DNA of 64,000 nucleotides, taken from Mobula hypostoma. Its lineage: Eukaryota. Positions 12,320 to 25,477 of the stretch are shown here, piece after piece. The stretch is taken from the NCBI RefSeq assembly GCF_963921235.1, contig NC_086097.1:10540001-10604000 (forward strand), in the 5' to 3' direction. Under the pieces are notes generated by a model. It did not search any database and was not told the origin of the DNA. It was given only the letters and a program-made list of their open reading frames with translations. Position 1 is the stretch's first letter, and each line of letters opens with the position of its first letter. Both the position numbers and the translations under genes were made by a program.

Positions 12320-14228
12320 AATAAATCTATCAGACATATGACAGAATTAGGCCGTTCAGCAAATAGACTCTGCTCCACATTCCAAAAGGGCTGATTTATT
12401 ATCCCTCTCAACTCCATTAGAGTCGTGGAGTAATAGAAAACTACACAGAAATAGACCTTTTGACACATCCAGTCCATACTAAAACATTCAAGTTGCCTAA
12501 TCCCATCAACCTGCATGAGGACCATAGCCCTCCAAACCCATTCCATCCAAGTGCCTATCTAATTTTCCCTTAAATGTTGAAATCAAAATCTCATTCACCA
12601 CTTGCGCTGGCAGCTCATTCCACACTCTTACCACCTTCTGAGTGAGGAAGTTTCCCTTCATGTTCCCTTTAAAAATTTCACCTTTCACCCATAATCCATA
12701 ACCTAGTTCAATCCTCTGCCAATCTCAGTGGAAAAAGCCTGCTTGCATTTACCCCTCATAATTTTTGTATACCTCTGTCAAATCTTCCCTCTCTCTTCCT
12801 TAGGTCCAAGGGATAAACTCCCAACCTATTCAATCTTTCCTTATAACCCAGGTCCTTCAGACCTGGCAACATCCTGGTAAATTTTCTCCGTACATCTTTC
12901 CTGTGGATAGGTGACAAAAACTGTACACAATACTCTGAATTAGGCCTCATCAACATCTTATGCAACTTTAACATTCCAACTCCTGTACTCAGTACTTTAA
13001 TTTATGAAATCCAATGTGTTAAGAGCTTTCTTAATAACCCGATCTACTTGTGATGCCGGGCTTGGTGTCATCCGCAAATTAGCTGATCCCGTTAACAACA
13101 TTATCATTCAGATTGTTGATATAGATGACAAACAACAATGGACCCAGCACCGACACCTACGACACTCTACTAGTCACAGTCCTCCAGTCAGGGAGATAAC
13201 CATCCACTACGTCTCTCTGGCTTCTCCCAGAAAGCCAATGTCTAATCCAATTTACTACTTCATCTTGAATGCTAAATGACTGAACCTTCTTGACCAACCT
13301 CCCATGCAGCACCTTGTCAAATGCTTTGTTGAAGTCCATGTAGACAAAATGCACTGCTGTGCCTTCATCAACTTTCCTGGTAACATACTCGAAAACCTCT
13401 ATCAGCTTGATGACCTACCATGCACAAAGCAATGCTGACTATCACAAATCAATCGCTGTCTTTCTAAATACTCCTATATCCAGTCTGTTAGAATACTTTT
13501 CAACAACTTTCCCACTACCAATGTCAGGCTCACAGGCCTATAAGTTCCGAATTTATTCTTAGAGCCTTTCTTAAAGAGTAGAAAAATATTAGCTATTTTC
13601 TAAACTTCCTGTACCTTACCTGTCATTAAGGATGATTCAAATATCTCTGCTGGGGCCCCTGCAATTTTTGCATTTGGCTCTCATAGGGTTTGAGGGAACA
13701 CCTTTTCAGGTGCTGGGGTCTTGTCAAACCTGATTTCCCTCAAGAGAGTAAACACCACCTCCTCTGTAATCCGTATAGGGTTCATGATTTCACTGCCGCT
13801 TTGCTTCAATTGTATACACTCTGTGTCTATCTCCTGAGTAAATACAGAGGCAAGAAATCCATTTAAGATCTCCCCCATCTCTTTTGGCTCCACACGTAGA
13901 TTGCCATACTGATGCCCTCTCACTGTAACGTTTGACAGCATTACTCATGAAGAACCTGTCAACCACCACTTTAAATATACTGAATGACTTAGCCTCCACT
14001 GCCATCTGTAGCAATGAATTCAACAGAATTACTACCCTATGGCTAAAGAAATTCCTTCTCAGAGTTCTTAATAACTCCCAGTAATTCCTTCCTGGGGCTG
14101 TGCCCTCTGGTCATAGAGTCCCCCACTATCAGAAGCATCCTCTCCACATCCAGTCCAGCTCAATATTTGGTACGGTTCAATATGATCCCCCCTCATTCTT
14201 CTAAACTCCAGCGAGTACAGGCCCAGAG
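12320..14228 (-). mobile_element. Two nested antisense CR1 fragments (inner copy ~12418-13905)
   Basis: Minus-strand ORFs include MDFNKAFDKVLHGRL and KGNFLTQKVVRVWNELP. The outer CR1 3' UTR at 12320-12418 continues at ~13905. Confidence 0.8.
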
Positions 14229-14356
14229 AAGAGAAGCAGAATAAAGGGTGTAAAGGTAGTAAGGGAGAAGGGCTAAAGTGCGTGTACTTCAATGCAAGAA
14301 GCATCAGGTACAAAGGCGATTAACTGAGAGTTTGGATACATACATGGAATTATGAT

Positions 14357-15037
14357 CAATGCAACACTCACAACACGCTGGAGGAACTCAGCAGGTCGGG
14401 CAGCATCCGTGGAAACGATGAGTCGACGTTTCGGGCCGGAACCCTTCGTCCGGACTGTAGGGGGAAGGGGCAGAGGCCCTATAAAGAAGGTGGGGGGAGG
14501 GTGGGAAAGAGAAGGCTGGTAGGTTCCGGGTGGAAAAACCAGTAAGGGGAAAGATAAAGGGGTGGGGAAAGGGAAGCAGGGAGGTGATAGGCAGGAAAGG
14601 TGAAGCAGGAATAGGGGAAAACACAATGGGTAGTAGAAGGAGGTGGAACCATGAGGGAGGTGATAGGCAGCTGGGGGAGGGGCAGAGTGAAATAGGGATA
14701 GAGGAAGGGAGGGGGAGGGAATTACCGGAAGTTGGAGAATTCTATGTTCATACCAAGGGGCTGGAGACTACCTAGACAGTATATGAGCTGTTGCTCCTCC
14801 AGCCTGAGTTTAGCCTCATCATGGCAGTAGAGGAGGCCATGTATGGACATATCTGAATGGGAATGGGAAGCAGAGTTGAAGTAGGTGGCTACTGGGAGAT
14901 CCTGTCTGCTGTGGCAGACGGAGCAGAGGTGCTCGACGAAGCGGTCTCCCAATCTGCGTCAGGTTTCACCGATGTAGAGGAGGCTGCACTGGGAGCACCG
15001 AATGCGATAGATGACCCCAACAGACTCACAAGTGAAG
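14357..15037 (-). mobile_element. 5'-truncated Penelope-like element (GIY-YIG C-terminus plus terminal repeat) with 12-bp TSD
   Basis: Encodes FTCESVGVIYRIRCSQCSLLYIGET*RRLGDRFVEH...LGSLQPLGMNIEFSNF. TSD tggaattatgat at 14345-14356 and 15038-15049. Confidence 0.92.
14421..14456 (-). ncRNA. Minimal hammerhead ribozyme motif (core U4 mutated) in the Penelope terminus
   Basis: AGTC-CGGACGA-AGGGTTCCGGCCC-GAAAC-GTC-GACT. Confidence 0.65.
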
Positions 15038-17809
15038 TGGAATTATGATGTAGTGGCCATTACAGAGGCTTGGCTGGCACCAGGGCAGGAATGGATTCTC
15101 AATATTCCTGGATTTCAGTGCTTTAAAAGGGATGGGGGGTAGGGAAGGGGAGGAGGGGTGGCATTACTGGTCAGGGATACTATTACAGCTACAGAAAGTG
15201 TGGGTAATGTAGCAGGATCCTCTTTTGAGTCAGTATCTGCGGAAGTCAGGAACCGGAAGAGAGCAGTTACTCTATTGGGGGTATTCTATAGGACCCCTGG
15301 TAGCAGCAGAGATACTGAGGAGCAGATTGGGAGGCAGATTTTGGAAAGTTGCAAAAATAACAGGGTTGTTATCATGGGTGACTTTAACTTCCCTAATATT
15401 GATTGGCAACTGATTAGTTCCAATGGTTTAGACGGGGCAGAGTTTGTTATGTGTGTCCAGGATGGACTCCTAACACAGTATGTTGACAGGCCGACCAGGG
15501 GGAATGCCATACTAGAACTAGTATTAGGTAACGAACCGGGTCAGGTCACAGATCTCTCAGTGAGTGAGCATCTGGGGGACAGTGACCACCACTCCCTGGC
15601 CTTTAGCATTATCATGGAAAAGGATAGAATCAGAGACGACAGGAAAATTTTTAATTGGGGAAGGGCAAATTATGAGGCTATAAGACTAGAACTTGCGGGT
15701 GTGAATTGGGATGATGTTTTTGCAGGGAAATGTACTATGGACATGTGGTCAATGTCTAGGGATCTCTTGCAGGATGTTAGGGATATATTTGTCCCAGTGA
15801 GGAAGATAAAGAATGGTAGGGTGAAGGAACCATGGGTGACAAGTGAGGTGGAAGAAGGCAGCATACATGAGATTTAGGAAGCAAGGATCACTTGGGTCTA
15901 TTGAGGAATATAGGGTAGCAAGAAAGGAGCTTAAGAAGGGGCTGAGGAGAGCAAGAAGGGGGCATGAGAAGGCCTTGGCAAGTAGGGTAAAGGAAAACCC
16001 CAAGGCATTCTTCAATTATGTAAAGAACAAAAGTATGACAGGAGTGAAGGTAGGACCGATTAGAGATAAAGGTGGGAAGATGTGCCTGGAGGCTATGGAA
16101 GTGAGCGAGGTCCTCAATGAATACTTCTCTTCGGTATTCACCAATGAGAGGGAAATTGATGACGGTGAGGACAATATGAGTGAGGTTGATGTCCTGGAGC
16201 ATGTTGATATTAAGGGAGAGGAGGTATTGTTGTTAAAATACATTAGGACGGATAAGTCCCCGGGGCCTGATGGAATATTCCCCAGGCTGCTCCACAAGGT
16301 GAGGGAAGAGATTGCTGAGCCTCTGGCTAGGATCTTTATGCCCTCGTTGTCCATGGGAATGGTACCGGAGGATTGAAGGGAGGCAAATGTTGTCCCCTTG
16401 TTCAAAAAGGGTAGTAGGGATAGTTCAGGTAATTATAGACCAGTGAGCCTTACTTCTGCGGTGGGAAAACTGTTGGAAAAGATTCTTAGAGATAGGATCT
16501 ATGGGCATTTAGAGAATCATGGTCTGATCAGGGACAGTCAGCATGGCTTTGTGAAGGGCAGATCGTGTCTAACAAGCCTGATAGAGTTCTTTGAGGAGGT
16601 GACCAGGCATATAGATGAGGGTAGTGCAGTGGATGTGATCTATATGGATTTTAGTAAGGCATTTGACAAAGTTCCACATGGTAGGCTTATTCAGAAAGTC
16701 AGAAGGCATGGGATCCAGGGAAGTTTGGCCAGGTGGATTCAGAATTGGCTTGCCTGCAGAAAGCAGAGGGTCGTGGTGGAGGGAGTACATTCAGATTGGA
16801 GGGTTGTAACTAGTGGTGTCCCACAAGGATCAGTTCTGGGACCTCTACTTTTCGTGATTTTTATTAACGACCTGGATGTGGGGGTAGAAGGGTGGGTTGG
16901 CACGTTTGCAGATGACACAAATGTTAGTGGTGTTGTAGATAGTGTAGAGGATTGTCAAAGATTGCAGAGAAACATTGATAGGATGCAGAAGTGGGCTGAG
17001 AAGTGGCAGATGGAGTTCATCCCGGAGAAGTGTGATGTGGTACACTTTGGAAGGACAAACTCCAAGGCAGAGTACAAAGTAAATGGCAGGATACCTGGTA
17101 GTGTGGAGAAGCAGAGGGATCTGGGGATACATGTCCACAGATTCTTGAAAGTTGCCTCACAGGTAGATAGAGTAGTTAAAAAAGCTTATGGGGTTTTAGC
17201 TTTCATAAGTCGAGGGATAGAGTTTAAGAGTCGTGAGGTAATGATGCAGCTCTATAAAACTCTGGTTAGGCCACACTTGGAGTACTGTGTCCAGTTCTCA
17301 TCGCCTCACTATAGGAAGGATGTGGAAGCATTGGAAAGGGTTCAGAGGAGATTTACCAGGATGCTGCCTGGTTTAAAGAGTATACATTATGATCAGAGAT
17401 TAAGGGAGCTAGGGCTTTACTCTTTGGAGAGAAGGAGGATGAGAGGAGCCATGATAGAAGTGTACAAGATAATAAGAGGAATAGATAGAGTGGACAAGCA
17501 GCTCCTCTTCCCCAGGGCACCACTGCTGAATACAAGAGGACATGGCTTTTAGGTAAGAGATGGTAAGTTCAAGGGGGATGTTAGAGGAATGTTTTTTACT
17601 CAGAGAGTGGTTGGTGCGTGGAATGCACTGCCTGAGTCAGTGGTGGATGTAGATACACTAGTGAAGTTTAAGAGACTACTAGACAGGTATATGGAGGAAT
17701 TTAAGGTGGGGGTGTTATAGGGGATGCAGGGTTTAAGGGTCAGCACAACATTGTGGGCCGAAGGGCCTGAACTGTGTTGTACTGTTCAATGTTGTATGTT
17801 CTATGTACT

Positions 17810-18960
17810 ATAGTGCTGTACAAACCATAACAGTTAGCTCAAATCACAAATACAAGAAACACAGATATAAACAACAAGGCACACGGTTTATAGGCACAAT
17901 ATAAACAACACATGAGCCTAGGCACAAGCCAAAAATCAACGACATCAGGAAGATTCAAATGCTAGTGAATAAAGGTAAGTTTTGAGCCTGGACTTAAAAG
18001 AGTCAATGGAGGGGGGCAGATTTGATAGGGAGGGGAATGCTGTTCCACAGTCTGGGGGCTACAACAGCAAAGGCGCGGTCACCCCTAAACTTAAATTTAG
18101 ATTGTGGGACAGCCAGGAGACCCAAGTCAGCCGACCTGAGGGGCCTGGAGGTAGAATAAAGGATTAAAAGGTCTGTGATATAAGATGGGGCCCTGCCCAT
18201 TTAGGGCTTTATAAACAAACAGGAGGACCGTAAAATCAATTCTAAACCATATGGTAGCCAGTGGAGAGAGGCCAGGATAGAAGTAATATGGTCCCTCTTC
18301 CGGGCACCTGTCAGGAGCCTGGCTGTGGTGTTCTGGACCAGTTGCAGGTGGGACAGGGGCAACTGACTAATTCCAGTATACAGGGAGTTGGAGTAGTCCA
18401 AGCAGGAGGATATAAGGGCTTGGATGACTTTCTCGAGATCTTTGAAAGAGAGAAACGACTTGATTTTGACAATAGTACGAAGCTGGAATTATCTGGCTTT
18501 TACTACTGCGTTAACTTGCTTGTCGATCTTAAAGGCGGAATCAAATATCACACCAAGGTTTTTGACAAGGGTGGACAGGTTACCAAGACTGTTGGTAATC
18601 ACTTCGATGGAGTCGGGGGGCCGAATAGGACAACTTCAGACTTGCCTTCATTCGGCTGTAGGAAGTTTTGTGCCATCCAACACTTTATGTTCGCAAGGCA
18701 GTTCACGAGACTGACTAGATTTGACTGGTCGTTTGTTTTCAAGGGGAGATAAAACTGTGTGTTGTCAGCATAACAATGGAAGGAAATGTCATGCTTTTGA
18801 ATGATTTGACCGAGGGGGAGCATGTATATAGAGAAAAGAATGGGACCTGTGATGGAACCTCGTGGGACCCCACGGGTGAAACTAGCTGGAGAAGAGGAAA
18901 ATTTGCCTATGCTGACGGAGAAGCTTCTATTTTTGAGGTAGGATGTGAACCAGTTCAAGG
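17810..18960 (-). mobile_element. L2-clade LINE 3' fragment
   Basis: ALNWFTSYLKNRSFSV..GVPRGSITGPILFSIYMLPLG..FHCYADNTQ; DHITSILASLHWLP; GDRAFAVVAPRLWNSIP. Confidence 0.85.
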
Positions 18961-18964
18961 CAGT

Positions 18965-20232
18965 GATTTGGAGTGATTTAGATCCGCTCCAATTCACCCA
19001 TCAAGACAGCAGATGCTATCTTGTTGGCTCTCCACACAACCCTGGAACATCTGGACAGCAAAGATCATACATCAGGATGCTCTTCATTGATTACAGCTCA
19101 ACATTTAATACCATCATCCCCACAGGACAAATCAGTAAACTCTAAGCCCGGGGCCTCAGTACTCCCTTGTGCAATTGGATCTTGGAATTCCTCACTTGCA
19201 AACTCCAGTCAGATCAGATTGGCAAAGACATCTCCTCCACAATCTCCATTAGCAGAGAAGCACTGCAAGGATGTGTACCCGTCCCCCTACTCTACTCACT
19301 CTACGCCTATGACTGTGTAAGTGCAACACCATATACAAGTTTGCTGATAACACCACTGTTGTGGGCTGTATCAAAGGGGGTGATGAACCAGCATACAGGA
19401 GGGAGATTGAAAACTTGGCTGAGTGGTGTCATAACAACAACCTCTCAATCAATGTCAATAAGACCAAGGAATTGATTGTAAGCTTCAGGAGAGGTATATC
19501 AGAGGTCCATGAGCCAGTAATCATCGGAGGATCGGAGGTGGAGAGGGTCAGTAACTTTAAATTTCTGGGTGTCACTATCTCAGAGGACCTGTCCTGGACA
19601 CATCATATAAATATTATTGCGAAGAAAGCATGATAGCACCTCTACTTCCTCAGGAGTCTGCGGAGGTTCAGCAGGTCATCAAAGACCTTGGAAAACTTCT
19701 ATAGATGTGTGGTGGAAAGTGTGCTGACTGGCTGCATCACAGCCTTGTATGGGTACTCTGATGCCTTTGAGTGGAAAGTCCTACAAAAGGTAGTGGATTC
19801 AGCTCAGTACATCACAGGTAAAACCCTCCCAATCATTGAGCACTTCTACAAGAAATATTGCCATAAAAAAGCAACATCCATCAAAGATTCTCACCACCCA
19901 GGCCGTGCTCTTTTCTCACTATTGCCATCAGGTAGAAGGTACAGGAGCCTCAGGACTTGCACCACCAGGTTCAAGAACAGTTACTACCCCTCAACTATCA
20001 GGCTCTTGCACAAAAGGGGATAACTACACTTATTCAAAGTCTCAGTTACACTATTTCATACACGTTATTTATTTATATCTGCATTTTCCCAGTTTGTTTA
20101 CAGTTAACAGTTCCTGATGTCTGTAGTTTACAGTTACTGTTCTATAGATTTGCTAATTCTGCCCACAGAAAAAGAATCTGTGTTGTATGTGGTGACGTGT
20201 ATGTACTCTGATAATAAATCTTTCTTTGAACT
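18965..20232 (+). mobile_element. Rex1/Babar LINE 3' part (RT plus C-terminal domain, decayed)
   Basis: LDPLQF, ALHTTLEHLD, IRMLFIDYSSTFNTI, NVNKTKELIV, FKFLGVTISEDLSW and LLPSGRRYRS. Tail aataaa..tttgaactt. Confidence 0.88.
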
Positions 20233-20234
20233 TC

Positions 20235-20405
20235 ACAGTATTTTCTAGTCCTCCGGAAATGAATGCTAACATTGCCTTTGACTTCCTTATCTCTGACTCA
20301 ACCTCCGAGTTAACCGTTAGGGAATTCTGCACAAGGGCTCCCATATCCCTTTGAACCTCTGATTTCTGAATTTGCTCTCGTTTTAGAAAATCATCTCCAG
20401 TCACC
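20235..20405 (-). mobile_element. CR1 internal fragment
   Basis: IQKSEVQRDMGALVQ. Confidence 0.7.
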
Positions 20406-21269
20406 TTTTTGGTTAAAATTCAACTCCTAAAATAAGCCTATAGCTCCCCCTAATGTTGGAAAGTAGTTATTTTATGAAAAATTTGGAGAAAAATAAATCT
20501 GCTCAAACTCTCTACAGCTTACAAATGGTTTTGCCATTGAAACTTCTTTAACAAGAAACGTGCAAAATCATTCACATTAGTATTAATTCATATGAACACC
20601 TTATTGGCATGCTCCCTAATGGCTCACCTCTCGATAATGCCTAGCTTTGTTTGACCAATGTGATCAGTTGAATTATTATCTATCTTTCAACACCATTTTC
20701 ATGGTACTGTATGTTACTCTGGGAAAAAAAGGATCTCAACCAGCTTTTGGAAAGAGAAGCTATTGTATGACATCAATCCACCAAATGTCATTTATGGAAG
20801 AGATGAGGAGGTAATGCTGGGAAAATCTTTCATGGTATTTTTATCATGAGTTCAAAAAGCAAAGGAGAATGTTTTTTTTTGGTGTATGCCAGTGACTGAG
20901 CAATGTAACGGAATGAATGTAAATTGTAAATTGTCCTGTGATTGGGCCAGGATCAAATCGGTGGGTTGTTGGTGGTGTAGCTTGTTGGGCCAACAGGGCC
21001 TGTTCCACACTGCATCTCTAAATAAAATAATTCCTCAGAAAATGTCTCCAATTTCAAGGTTCCCCACCAGACTGTCAGACCTCCTTAAATAAATGGATCC
21101 CAATTAGATCACTAAATTTTTGTACACTCCAGAGAACCTTGGCCAGATCTAGTCCGTCTTACATTATGAGAGAACCCATTGTTCCCAGACATTAATCTGA
21201 TGAATATAAAACATATGAACTGAAGAACAATGTAAGTCTAGGATTTCTTACTTCACATAAAATGTCATT

Positions 21270-21752
21270 CAAGGTAGGTCAATTAAAGGCAAGGATAACA
21301 TGTTCAGAGAACCTTGGTTTTCAAGAGATATTGAGACCCTTCTTAAGAAAAAGAAAGAGGTGCATTGCAGGTATAGGCAGGCAGGAACAAATGAGGTACT
21401 TGAGAAGTGTATGAAATACAAGAGAATATTTAAGCAGGAAATCAGGAGGTGTAAAAGAAAACATAAGGTTGCTCCAGCAATGTGAAGGAGAATAGTAAGG
21501 ACTTCTACAGATATATTAAGACCAAAGGGATAGAAAGGGACAAAACTGGTCCTCTGCAATATCAAGGTGGTAGTCTATGCATGAAGTCAAAAGAGATCTT
21601 AAATAGATATTTTGCATCTGTATTTACCAGGGGGACAGACGCAGAGTCTACAGCTGCGAGGCAATGCTGCAGCCAGGTCATGGACCCTATACAGGTTACA
21701 GAGGGGGAGGTGTTTTCTATCTTGAGGCTACTTAATGTGGATAAATCAGCTT
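21270..21752 (+). mobile_element. CR1 internal ORF2 fragment
   Basis: FREPWFSRDIE..., KENSKDFYRYIK and YFASVFT. Confidence 0.8.
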
Positions 21753-22370
21753 AAGTGAGTTAGAAGTGAGCTAGGTGGATTTTTGAGAGTCAGACACAGG
21801 AAAGGAAATAGAAGGTGTGTTGATGAATGGAAATGGGCCACAGAGCAGCTGTAAAACTAAATTATGTAGTAGGCTTTTTAGGGCTGAATGGCCTCACAGT
21901 TCTTCAATAGTCTTACTTTAAATCACACGTAAAGGTCATTGAGGCCCTTGTTCAAACTGGAAAGTAAAACTTCAAGACAGATATCAGGAAAAAGCCCTTT
22001 GCCAAAAAAACTGACTGAGAAATGGATGGATTCCAGACTTCGTGAAGGGAAAAAAAAGCTATGAATGATTTAAGAAGAAATTAAATGTCTAAAGGATAGA
22101 ATTTCAGCATCTTTTGACTGATGAGCAAAGGCAGACTGAAACATTCTCTTCATTTGCATCTGTGACAAACAGTTTCACATTTCCAGCCTTGATTTAAGAT
22201 AGATCATTTGGCTACTGAAGCAATACCCTTACAGACGAGCATGCATTACTGAAATTGTAGACAGATTTTTTTTGCCAACATTCATACACATTTAAAAGCA
22301 AAATATTGCAGTTGCATGACTTTGAAAATAAAATAACAAATTCCAAAAATACTCTAACTGCTACACAACA

Positions 22371-22668
22371 GGGCATACAGGTGGTGTAGCAGTCAGCGTG
22401 ACGCCATTAATAGCTTGGGGAGTTGGAATTCAGAGTTCAATTCTGGCATCCTCTGTAAGCGAGTTTGTATGTTCCTTCATGTGTGAGTGTGTGTTTCCTC
22501 TGGGTGCTCCAGTTTCCTCCCACAGTCCAAAGACGTACAGGGTAGTAGGTTAATTGGTCATTGTAAATTGCCCTGTGATTTGGATAGGGATAAGTAGCTG
22601 GGCAGCTGGCCGGCCTTGCTTGGTGGGCTGGAAGAGACTGTTCCACACTCTATTTCTAATAAATAAAA
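22371..22668 (+). mobile_element. tRNA-derived V-SINE (HE1-like)
   Basis: A/B-box-like head, V-domain gtttcctctgggtgctccagtttcctcccacagtccaaagac, CR1-like 3' end and (TAAA)n. A 3' fragment also lies at ~20910-21030. Confidence 0.8.
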
Positions 22669-24171
22669 ATATGTGCTCATGGGGAGTGGTTGTCAGGCAG
22701 CAACTGATAACAAAGAGAATTAAAATTTCAGGTCAGTGACCTTTCATTACAACAGCTAAATATATCTTGATTATTCAGTAAGGAAAAGACTACATTACCA
22801 AGCAGTCCACAGGCAGTCATGGTATCAAAGTAATATGGGATAGTGTGTATAAACGTTCCATTCTAGTCATTAGATTTCAGATTGTTATAATCCCCACAGG
22901 GGAAACTAAATGTTTAATGTTATAACAATTCTTCCTTAATGTTTAGATTTAACTAAGGGCTCAAGAGCCTGTTAACATTTACCAAATACAAAATGGAACA
23001 TAGAATCTAGCATTGTTGATATCAATTTAGATCATGCACAGAGGAAAGCAGTAAGTAAAATATCTTGTAGTCCATTGTTAGTGAAAAAATATGAATTATA
23101 AATGAGGAGCAAGAAAAGGCCATTTGTTTCCCCCAGACTATTATTTAATGAGATCGTGGTCAATCTGATCGCAACATTAACACTGCTTTCCTGTTTGCCT
23201 GCTCTCACTTGTCAGCAGCATGCTTATCAATATCACCCATATAAAATTCAGACTTGTTACTAGCACCCTTCGAGGAAAAGAGTTCCAAAACCACTTCACC
23301 TCACTTCAGTCTGTGATGAATATTCACTGTCCAGAGCTTGGGGTCCTTTTTTTTGCCAAACTCAGCTTTCTAACACAACAGCTGACACCTTCAGAGATTA
23401 AGGAGTTGTTTCTCAGTAAGTTAAACTTCCAACCAATATACTTTGTTCAGCTTTCTGTCATAAACAAGAAGCAGTCCTCAGCTCTTAATGTAAATGACAA
23501 GCGATAATCAATCTGACAAAAGGACAGCTTTGTAAACAAACAACACTGTCACACTGGTCCACGGCATAGGGCTGGCTGTTCAAGGGTTGTATGCAATACA
23601 ATGGGTTTTTATTAATTGGCTTGTATCAAACCAAACAACACTGGCTAAAACTGATACTACCACTTAGCATATCAAATTGCTGATCTATCAATAGTTGGAA
23701 AATTTGTGCATTTGTGCACTCAAAGAGTCTCCTCTCAGGGTGCATTGATTTTGGGTGTTTGGGAACTCTGTCCCCAGAAACTTTTAGACCATTTGCGTGA
23801 AAAGGTATCTGAAAAATAATCATCTGTCTGTGAAGTCACCCAAGTGGCAAAATAAATTTGTAAATGGAAGAGAACAGTCAGGCTTATTAGGAATGGTTAA
23901 GGGAAGTCATGAAGAATTGCAGAAAGACAGGGTGACTAGAATCCGTTCTTTGATTTCGGCAATAGACAGCTCATTCTTTTGCAACTCATTGGCATATGTT
24001 TTTACCTTATAGGGAACATACCCATATTTTGGAAATTTTTTATGTATTACTAGTCATTTGTAATATGTAAATATTTCATAAGCTAGAAATCCTCTGTGAG
24101 TTTTAAAAGTGTTTTAAGAATATCTAATTTTAAATGTGTATCAATAAAAATAAATGAACTGCGTTTAAACT

Positions 24172-24752
24172 ATTTAAATTCCACATCCCATTCCCATTCT
24201 GATATGACTGTCCACGGCCTCCTCTACTGTAAAGATGAAGCCACACTCAGGTTGGAGGAACAACACCTTATATTCCGTCTGGGCAGCCTCCAACCTGATG
24301 GCATGAACATTGACTTCTCTAACTTCCGTTAATGCCCCATCTCCCCCTCGTACCCCATCCGTTATTTATTTATATACACACATTCTTTTTCTCTCTCTCT
24401 TTTTTCTCCCTCTGTCCCTCTGACTGTACCCCTTGCCCATCCTCTGGGTTTCCCCCCCACCTTTTTCTTCTCCCTGGGCCTCCTGTCCCATGATCCTCTC
24501 ATATCCCTTTTGCCAATCACCTATCCAGCTCTTGGCTCCCCCTCCTGTCTTCTCCTATCATTTTGGACCTCCCCCTCCCCCTCCCACTTCCAAATCTCTT
24601 ACTAGCTCTTCCTTCAGTTAGTCCTGACCAAGGGTCTCGGCCGGAAACGTCGACTGTACCTCTTCCTAGAGATGCTGCCTGGCCTGCTGTGTTCACCAGC
24701 ATTTCTTGTGTGTGTTGCTTGAATTCCAAGCATCTGCAGAATTCCTCCTGTT
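24172..24752 (+). mobile_element. Penelope-like element 3' fragment
   Basis: NSTSHSHSDMTVHGLLYC..RLEEQHLIFRLGSLQPDGMNIDFSNF*, then a pyrimidine-rich UTR. Hammerhead-like motif agtc-ctgacca-agggtctcggccg-gaaac-gtc-gact at ~24619-24655. Confidence 0.88.
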
Positions 24753-25477
24753 TGCATTTAAACTACTTTGTTAGCTGAAGGTATCTACTTGGAAGGGAGG
24801 AGACCCACCACTCAAATAGACCATAAGAGCATAAGACCTAGGGCAGAATTACGCATTTGGCCCATCAAGTCTGCTCTGCCATTCAATCATGGCTGATCAT
24901 TTTTTCCTCTCTCAGCCCTGCTTCCCAGGTGAGTGGATATTGGCAGCTAAAGTCACTGTGGAGGATAAATAGGGAAGTGATGTAGACAGCGAAGAGTAGT
25001 ATAACCTCCATTTAGTGAAAGTACCTGTAGCTTTCTATTCCGATAGGGCTTAAGATCTTCAGCTGAGTTTAGAACTTAGTTGTCAGCAAACCTAATACCA
25101 TCGAAAATTTAGGTAGATGACTACTTATTTTTAAACAGTGACCTCTGTTTTCTGTTTCCTTGTTAAGATGAACCATCCTTTCAAAATCCATCCAGTCAAG
25201 ATAGCTCCAGATCCGACATGTTTCAATTAGGTCCCATGTTGCTCTTCTTAATATCAGTGGCTGCAAGGCTAGTCTATCCACTTTTTTCATAAAACAACCT
25301 GTATGTTCCAGATATTAATCTATTTACCTTCTTTGAATTGCTTTCAGCAGATGAATACCTTTATTTAAATTGGAAATTCAAAATCTAAAGTTCAAAGTAA
25401 ATTTATTATCAAGGTACTTAAATGTCACAGTACACTACAATGAACTTCATTTTCTTGCAGGTATTTACAGAGAAGAG

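Larger units (their letters stand above)
14229..17805 (+). mobile_element. Young CR1 LINE with near-complete ORF2 (APE + RT) and few disruptions
   Basis: KCVYFNARSI start, APE frame at 15158-15877, 384-aa RT frame at 16398-17552 and a (TGTTCTA)-like tail. Confidence 0.93.

Noticed and set aside
22371..22450. tRNA genes at SINE heads (also 32463, 35730, 60865, 61553)
   Set aside because: They are degenerate tRNA-like heads followed directly by a V-domain, so they are SINEs.
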